DNA of 20,000 nt from an uncultured virus (IMG/VR IMGVR_UViG_3300010157_000055). Lineage: Duplodnaviria > Heunggongvirae > Uroviricota > Caudoviricetes. The stretch lies in IMG/VR virus record IMGVR_UViG_3300010157_000055. One strand, written 5' to 3'. Within the stretch, counting starts at the first letter, position 1; the number at the start of each line of letters is the position of its first letter. The notes beneath the pieces were generated by a model that was given only the letters and a program-made list of their open reading frames with translations, made no database searches and had not been told where the DNA came from. Made by a program: the position numbers and the translations under genes. Positions 16,846 to 20,000 of the stretch are shown piece after piece.

Positions 16846-17307
16846 ATGACAAAAGAAACAATCTTTTACATCAAGCAAGGCCGCAAGTATATCCCTCACA
16901 GCACATACAATAGTGAGTTCTGTGATGCATTTCCCAAAGGCACGCACCTGGTACAAAGCTATGCAGGCGGGAGTCTGCGTAGGTTCAATATTGATCCAAA
17001 GTATGCACCAATGATTGCCGCTGGCCGGGTCGCCGAGGAAAAGATTAGTGAAGTGTTAATGAAGGCCAACGAACTACGGCCAATGACTGCACCAATTACC
17101 CCAGCGGCTCACCGAGCATGGATGAAGCTGAAGAAAGAGCTCGGCAACGATGCTATGTTGACTAGAGGTAGTGCAAGAGAAGCGGCCGAGTCAGCAGTCA
17201 ATGCAATGGTTCAAGAAGCTGGCACTCTCATGGAACATCCAATGGTACAAGCCGCCTACCAGGAGTTTGAAGTAATCTGTAAATTGGTCAACGAGCAAAA
17301 TAAGTAA
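16846..17307 (+). CDS. Hypothetical protein (153 aa)
   Basis: Tightly packed ORF; no motif recognised. Confidence 0.75.
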   Translation: MTKETIFYIKQGRKYIPHSTYNSEFCDAFPKGTHLVQSYAGGSLRRFNIDPKYAPMIAAGRVAEEKISEVLMKANELRPMTAPITPAAHRAWMKLKKELGNDAMLTRGSAREAAESAVNAMVQEAGTLMEHPMVQAAYQEFEVICKLVNEQNK

Positions 17308-17310
17308 AGG

Positions 17311-17988
17311 ATGAAAGTACAAGCGCATCCGGACTATTTTTGCCCTTTATCGTTGAAGTTACCGCAGACCGCAAAAACCTTCCTACAAGAATTCTTTGTA
17401 GATGATTTAAAGGAACAACAATCAAAGAAAAGGCAGTTGGGTTTATATCCACTGCCTGATTCTACAGCCTTGATTGAATTAAAGGAATTGGTAGATAACT
17501 TTTTGGCGCCACTGCAATTGGCGGCCGGTTCGTATGGTGCATTTGCATTGAAAGAGTCCACGCAAGATGTCAACATACATGTTGACGCCATGCGTCTCAA
17601 TACCAGACTGAGTTTTTATGAACTTGCAGAAACACCGGGTGTTATCAATTGGTGGCAAGATGATGGAACAGGATATGAAGCATGGCGACCCAGTTACCTG
17701 GGTGGTAGCCCAATCCTTGATTATCGCTTTCCTTGGGTTGATGATTTACAAGCAGGAAAAAGAACTTGGGATGAAGTCCCCAAGCCTGTATTTGGTACAA
17801 GTACAGCAGTACCTAGTGCTTTATTAATGACAGCACTACCACACAATGTATTTCAAGGGCCAGGCTTTAGAATCACAATCACCTGCCAGATTGTTAACCG
17901 TCAAACTCGTTCAGTTGAACACACTTGGCAACAAGTACAACAGCATTTTAACTCCATTGCATTGCCTGCCAGTGCATACGAATCGTAG
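17311..17988 (+). CDS. Putative Fe(II)/2-oxoglutarate oxygenase-like (DSBH) protein
   Basis: IHVD (HxD), LPHNV (distal His) and FRITIT (Arg) follow the facial-triad pattern. Confidence 0.6.
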   Translation: MKVQAHPDYFCPLSLKLPQTAKTFLQEFFVDDLKEQQSKKRQLGLYPLPDSTALIELKELVDNFLAPLQLAAGSYGAFALKESTQDVNIHVDAMRLNTRLSFYELAETPGVINWWQDDGTGYEAWRPSYLGGSPILDYRFPWVDDLQAGKRTWDEVPKPVFGTSTAVPSALLMTALPHNVFQGPGFRITITCQIVNRQTRSVEHTWQQVQQHFNSIALPASAYES

Positions 17989-18751
17989 CATAGCCAGATC
18001 CAAAGTAGTCGGAGCCAGACATGAATTTAAACAGCTGGCCATTGTAATTGGGATTGGCAGTGATTAGTTTTATAGTTGTTTGTGCTACCTCTGCTGATTT
18101 TGCAAAGAACACTTTGTTTTTGCCCCACATGATTGGATACAGCAATTTTTCTTGATGGGCAATCACAGTGGCCCAAGTGCGTAGCGGTGCACCTGTGCAC
18201 CAGTCGTCTACAATGTAGATACCACGATCTTTTAGCTTGGGTAACGACTTTCTAATGGTGTTGAGATTTTCAGCAACACCGTCCCCGTAGTCATGATGTA
18301 TAATATCATACTGTTCATCAGCTTCTGCTTCGCTCAGGTAGCAAGTCAAGGACATTGTCCTGCCAGTCAATTGTTCAGATCTTGTGGCAATCCAGGATTG
18401 CATATCTTTGGCAGTAGATAATGTTGCTAACACTTCTATTTCTTCTTGGCTTAAACAACGATTAAAGTGATCTGTATACCAAGCACCACTAGAGTTTGTT
18501 TCCTTTGCCCCGATAAAGTTCAAATGATCAACACCGGTAAATTTTACACTATTATGACCGGTTTCGCACAATGCTTCATTAAATATTGCAAGTCCACCGC
18601 CGATGTAAGATCCAAGTTCTAGGAACTTATCAATTTTGGGTAAACTACCAAATAACAGCCAACATGCTATGACATCCTCCGGTGGACTTAACATTCCAAG
18701 CTTTAGGACATGTTGATAGATGTTGTTTAGATTTTTCCAGGAATAGTCCAC
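17948..18751 (-). CDS. Class I SAM-dependent methyltransferase
   Basis: FLELGSYIGGG motif I, GVDH, YDIIHHD and LKDRGIYIVDD. GTG start after GGAG on the minus strand. Confidence 0.8.
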   Translation of the reverse strand: MDYSWKNLNNIYQHVLKLGMLSPPEDVIACWLLFGSLPKIDKFLELGSYIGGGLAIFNEALCETGHNSVKFTGVDHLNFIGAKETNSSGAWYTDHFNRCLSQEEIEVLATLSTAKDMQSWIATRSEQLTGRTMSLTCYLSEAEADEQYDIIHHDYGDGVAENLNTIRKSLPKLKDRGIYIVDDWCTGAPLRTWATVIAHQEKLLYPIMWGKNKVFFAKSAEVAQTTIKLITANPNYNGQLFKFMSGSDYFGSGYATIRMHWQAMQWS

Positions 18752-18767
18752 TTTTTCTCCAATAAGT

Positions 18768-19310
18768 ATGTGTATGATTGACGACTTCTATGTATACGAA
18801 ACACCTGACTTTTTAGATCTTCCTTACATTAAAAAACTAGTTATGGACAAGCTTGAGGCAGAGTTTGTCCTTAAAGGGTATGTGAGAATTGACGTCAGTA
18901 CCGACGACTATCTAAAATCACTGCAAGAAAGGTTTGTATTCTTGGGTGGTTGGTTGAACATATATCATACCCCTCCAACAGGGTATATCCCCTTGCACAT
19001 CGACGGACATCGACTGGCGGCATTCAACATACCAATCAGTGGATGTGATGATACATCTGCTACAATTTACTATGAGCCAGTTGACGGCGAGATTGAAAAA
19101 GTCTACAAGCCTGACGAACGGCACTACCGAATCACGGGAGAGATGAAAGAGGTTTATAGATTTTCATTGAAGCGTCCTGCACTGATTCGCAATGATGTGG
19201 CTCACGATGTAAAACGATTTGACTCCACTGATATTAGGATCATTGCCAGTTGGGGAGTAGCAGGCACCTTTGAAGAGTGCAGAAAAAAATTCAAAGAAAT
19301 TTTGCCATAA
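18768..19310 (+). CDS. Putative Fe(II)/2-oxoglutarate oxygenase-like (DSBH) protein
   Basis: PLHIDG (HxD), AFNIPI, PALIRNDVAHDV (His) and RIIAS. The start may be 18774. Confidence 0.65.
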   Translation: MCMIDDFYVYETPDFLDLPYIKKLVMDKLEAEFVLKGYVRIDVSTDDYLKSLQERFVFLGGWLNIYHTPPTGYIPLHIDGHRLAAFNIPISGCDDTSATIYYEPVDGEIEKVYKPDERHYRITGEMKEVYRFSLKRPALIRNDVAHDVKRFDSTDIRIIASWGVAGTFEECRKKFKEILP

Positions 19311-19314
19311 GAGG

Positions 19315-19343
19315 TAGACTTCTAAGTTAAAAGGATATATAAT
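19315..19343 (+). promoter_or_regulatory. Sigma70-type promoter TAGACT-N17-TATAAT
   Basis: -35 at 19315-19320, -10 at 19338-19343. Confidence 0.75.
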
Positions 19344-19349
19344 AATACT

Positions 19350-19415
19350 ATGTTAAATGTAAAATTGTTACCAGGTAATACAGGACCAGCCACAGAGGAT
19401 ACTCCGAGGCCGTAA
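19350..19415 (+). CDS. Putative leaderless leader peptide MLNVKLLPGNTGPATEDTPRP (21 aa)
   Basis: The ATG falls at the expected +1 of the promoter, and the stop codon lies inside an antiterminator hairpin. Confidence 0.55.
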   Translation: MLNVKLLPGNTGPATEDTPRP

Positions 19416-19469
19416 CTCTACGCATAGTGAGATTACAGGCCCTGGAAATAAAAACTCCGGGGCTTTTTT
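19403..19469 (+). terminator. Attenuator-like terminator with competing antiterminator
   Basis: Terminator GGCCCTGGA (19438-19446) / TCCGGGGCT (19456-19464) plus T run. In the alternative fold, 19403-19418 pairs with 19429-19446. Confidence 0.75.
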
Positions 19470-19474
19470 ATTGT

Positions 19475-19550
19475 GCGGGCGTAGCTCAGTTGGTAGAGCA
19501 TTACCTTGCCAAGGTAAATGTCGTCGGTTCGAACCCGATCGCCCGCTCCA
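19475..19550 (+). tRNA. tRNA-Gly (anticodon GCC)
   Basis: 76-nt cloverleaf: GCGGGCG/CGCCCGC acceptor stem, anticodon loop TTGCCAA, TTCGAAC T-loop, U discriminator and encoded CCA. Confidence 0.97.
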
Positions 19551-19554
19551 GGCT

Positions 19555-19621
19555 TGTTGTAGAAATACAACAAAAATAAAGGCAGATAGTTGTTGACAGG
19601 AATGAGTAGATAGCATATACT
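19555..19621 (+). promoter_or_regulatory. Palindrome plus sigma70 promoter P1 (TTGACA-N17-TATACT)
   Basis: TGTTGTAGAAATACAACA at 19555-19572, -35 at 19593-19598, -10 at 19616-19621. Confidence 0.85.
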
Positions 19622-19662
19622 AGTTGAATACTGTAGCAATACAGCAGAAACAGTTTGAAAAG

Positions 19663-19728
19663 TGTTGTAGAAATACAACAAAAGAAAGTTAGAAAACGGT
19701 TGACATTACGGCATTGTCCGTATATAAT
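19663..19728 (+). promoter_or_regulatory. Palindrome plus consensus sigma70 promoter P2 (TTGACA-N17-TATAAT)
   Basis: TGTTGTAGAAATACAACA at 19663-19680, an A-rich tract, -35 at 19700-19705, -10 at 19723-19728. Confidence 0.85.
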
Positions 19729-19735
19729 AACCAAA

Positions 19736-19771
19736 CACTACAGCGAAAGTTGTAGTGATTGTTCTTTAAAA
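19736..19771 (+). promoter_or_regulatory. boxB-like hairpin plus boxA-like antitermination element
   Basis: CACTACAGC-GAAA-GTTGTAGTG (19736-19757), then TGTTCTTTAAAA (19760-19771); E. coli rrn boxA is TGCTCTTTAACA. Confidence 0.7.
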
Positions 19772-19787
19772 ATTTGGTGGCATTTGT

Positions 19788-19862
19788 GCTCGATTCGTCT
19801 ATCGGTTAGGACATCTGGTTTTCATCCAGGCAAGAGCGGTTCGATTCCGCTATCGAGTACCA
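19788..19862 (+). tRNA. tRNA-Glu (anticodon TTC)
   Basis: 75-nt cloverleaf: GCTCGAT/ATCGAGT acceptor stem, anticodon loop TTTTCAT, AGCGG-TTCGATT-CCGCT T-arm and encoded CCA. Confidence 0.93.
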
Positions 19863-19878
19863 TATGCAAGAATACTAA

Positions 19879-19996
19879 GGTTACCTAGACCACTAGGCGA
19901 CTGGGATGATGGCAGTGCCGACGGGTGCTGGTCAAGTCCAGGAGCATGAAACAGGCGCAAGCTGGATTTGCGGTGGACAATCTAGGAGTAATGACC
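19879..19996 (+). ncRNA. Possible structured non-coding RNA of unknown class (may extend past the window)
   Basis: GC-richer non-coding stretch after tRNA-Glu. Long-range pairing CCTAGA/TCTAGG and CCAC/GTGG, with internal hairpins including a GCAA tetraloop. Confidence 0.35.
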
Positions 19997-20000
19997 GTGC

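Noticed and set aside
19629..19646. LexA/SOS box
   Set aside because: Spacing is CTGT-N6-ACAG rather than CTGT-N8-ACAG; it fits better as a variant of the local 18-bp palindrome.
19555..19683. Two identical 21-nt repeats as a mini CRISPR array
   Set aside because: There are only two copies, the intervening 87 nt contains a promoter, and the same motif precedes other promoters. A regulatory site explains it better.
19368..19888. ORFs 19368-19616, 19433-19681, 19501-19734 (minus) and 19655-19888 (plus)
   Set aside because: They overlap tRNA genes and promoters and show no protein-like features.
1..20000. Stop-codon reassignment (alternative genetic code)
   Set aside because: Recognisable genes are full length under the standard code and coding density is high without recoding; TAA and TGA end many genes and TAG ends the 55-aa ORF.

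Overview
The window looks like part of a large lytic tailed-phage genome, probably a T4-like or jumbo myovirus, with a proteobacterial (possibly betaproteobacterial) host; this is inferred from gene content. Almost all genes are on the + strand. In order: a PD-(D/E)XK exonuclease, class Ia ribonucleotide reductase (nrdA, nrdB) with a glutaredoxin, an Sm-like protein, a PAAR spike-tip protein, an M15 peptidase and a large probable structural protein. A circularly permuted two-piece tmRNA (tag ANDSQFALAA) follows, then a GNAT, a RelA/SpoT-type HD hydrolase, a P-loop kinase plus metallophosphoesterase, an outer-membrane beta-barrel and an autotransporter-like subtilase. The window ends with small hypotheticals, an oxygenase/methyltransferase/oxygenase cassette and the start of a tRNA region (Gly-GCC, Glu-TTC). 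The most interesting signals are non-coding. (1) A leaderless 21-codon mini-ORF with mutually exclusive antiterminator and terminator hairpins lies directly before tRNA-Gly, suggesting a translation-sensing attenuator for a phage tRNA gene. (2) An rRNA-operon-like leader (tandem promoters, boxB, boxA) precedes tRNA-Glu. (3) An 18-bp palindrome recurs upstream of strong sigma70 promoters. (4) A T4-late-like (A/T)TAA(A/G)TA motif appears to yield leaderless mRNAs and could unmask the nrdA ribosome binding site. All functional calls come from motif recognition by eye; no searches or folding programs were run.
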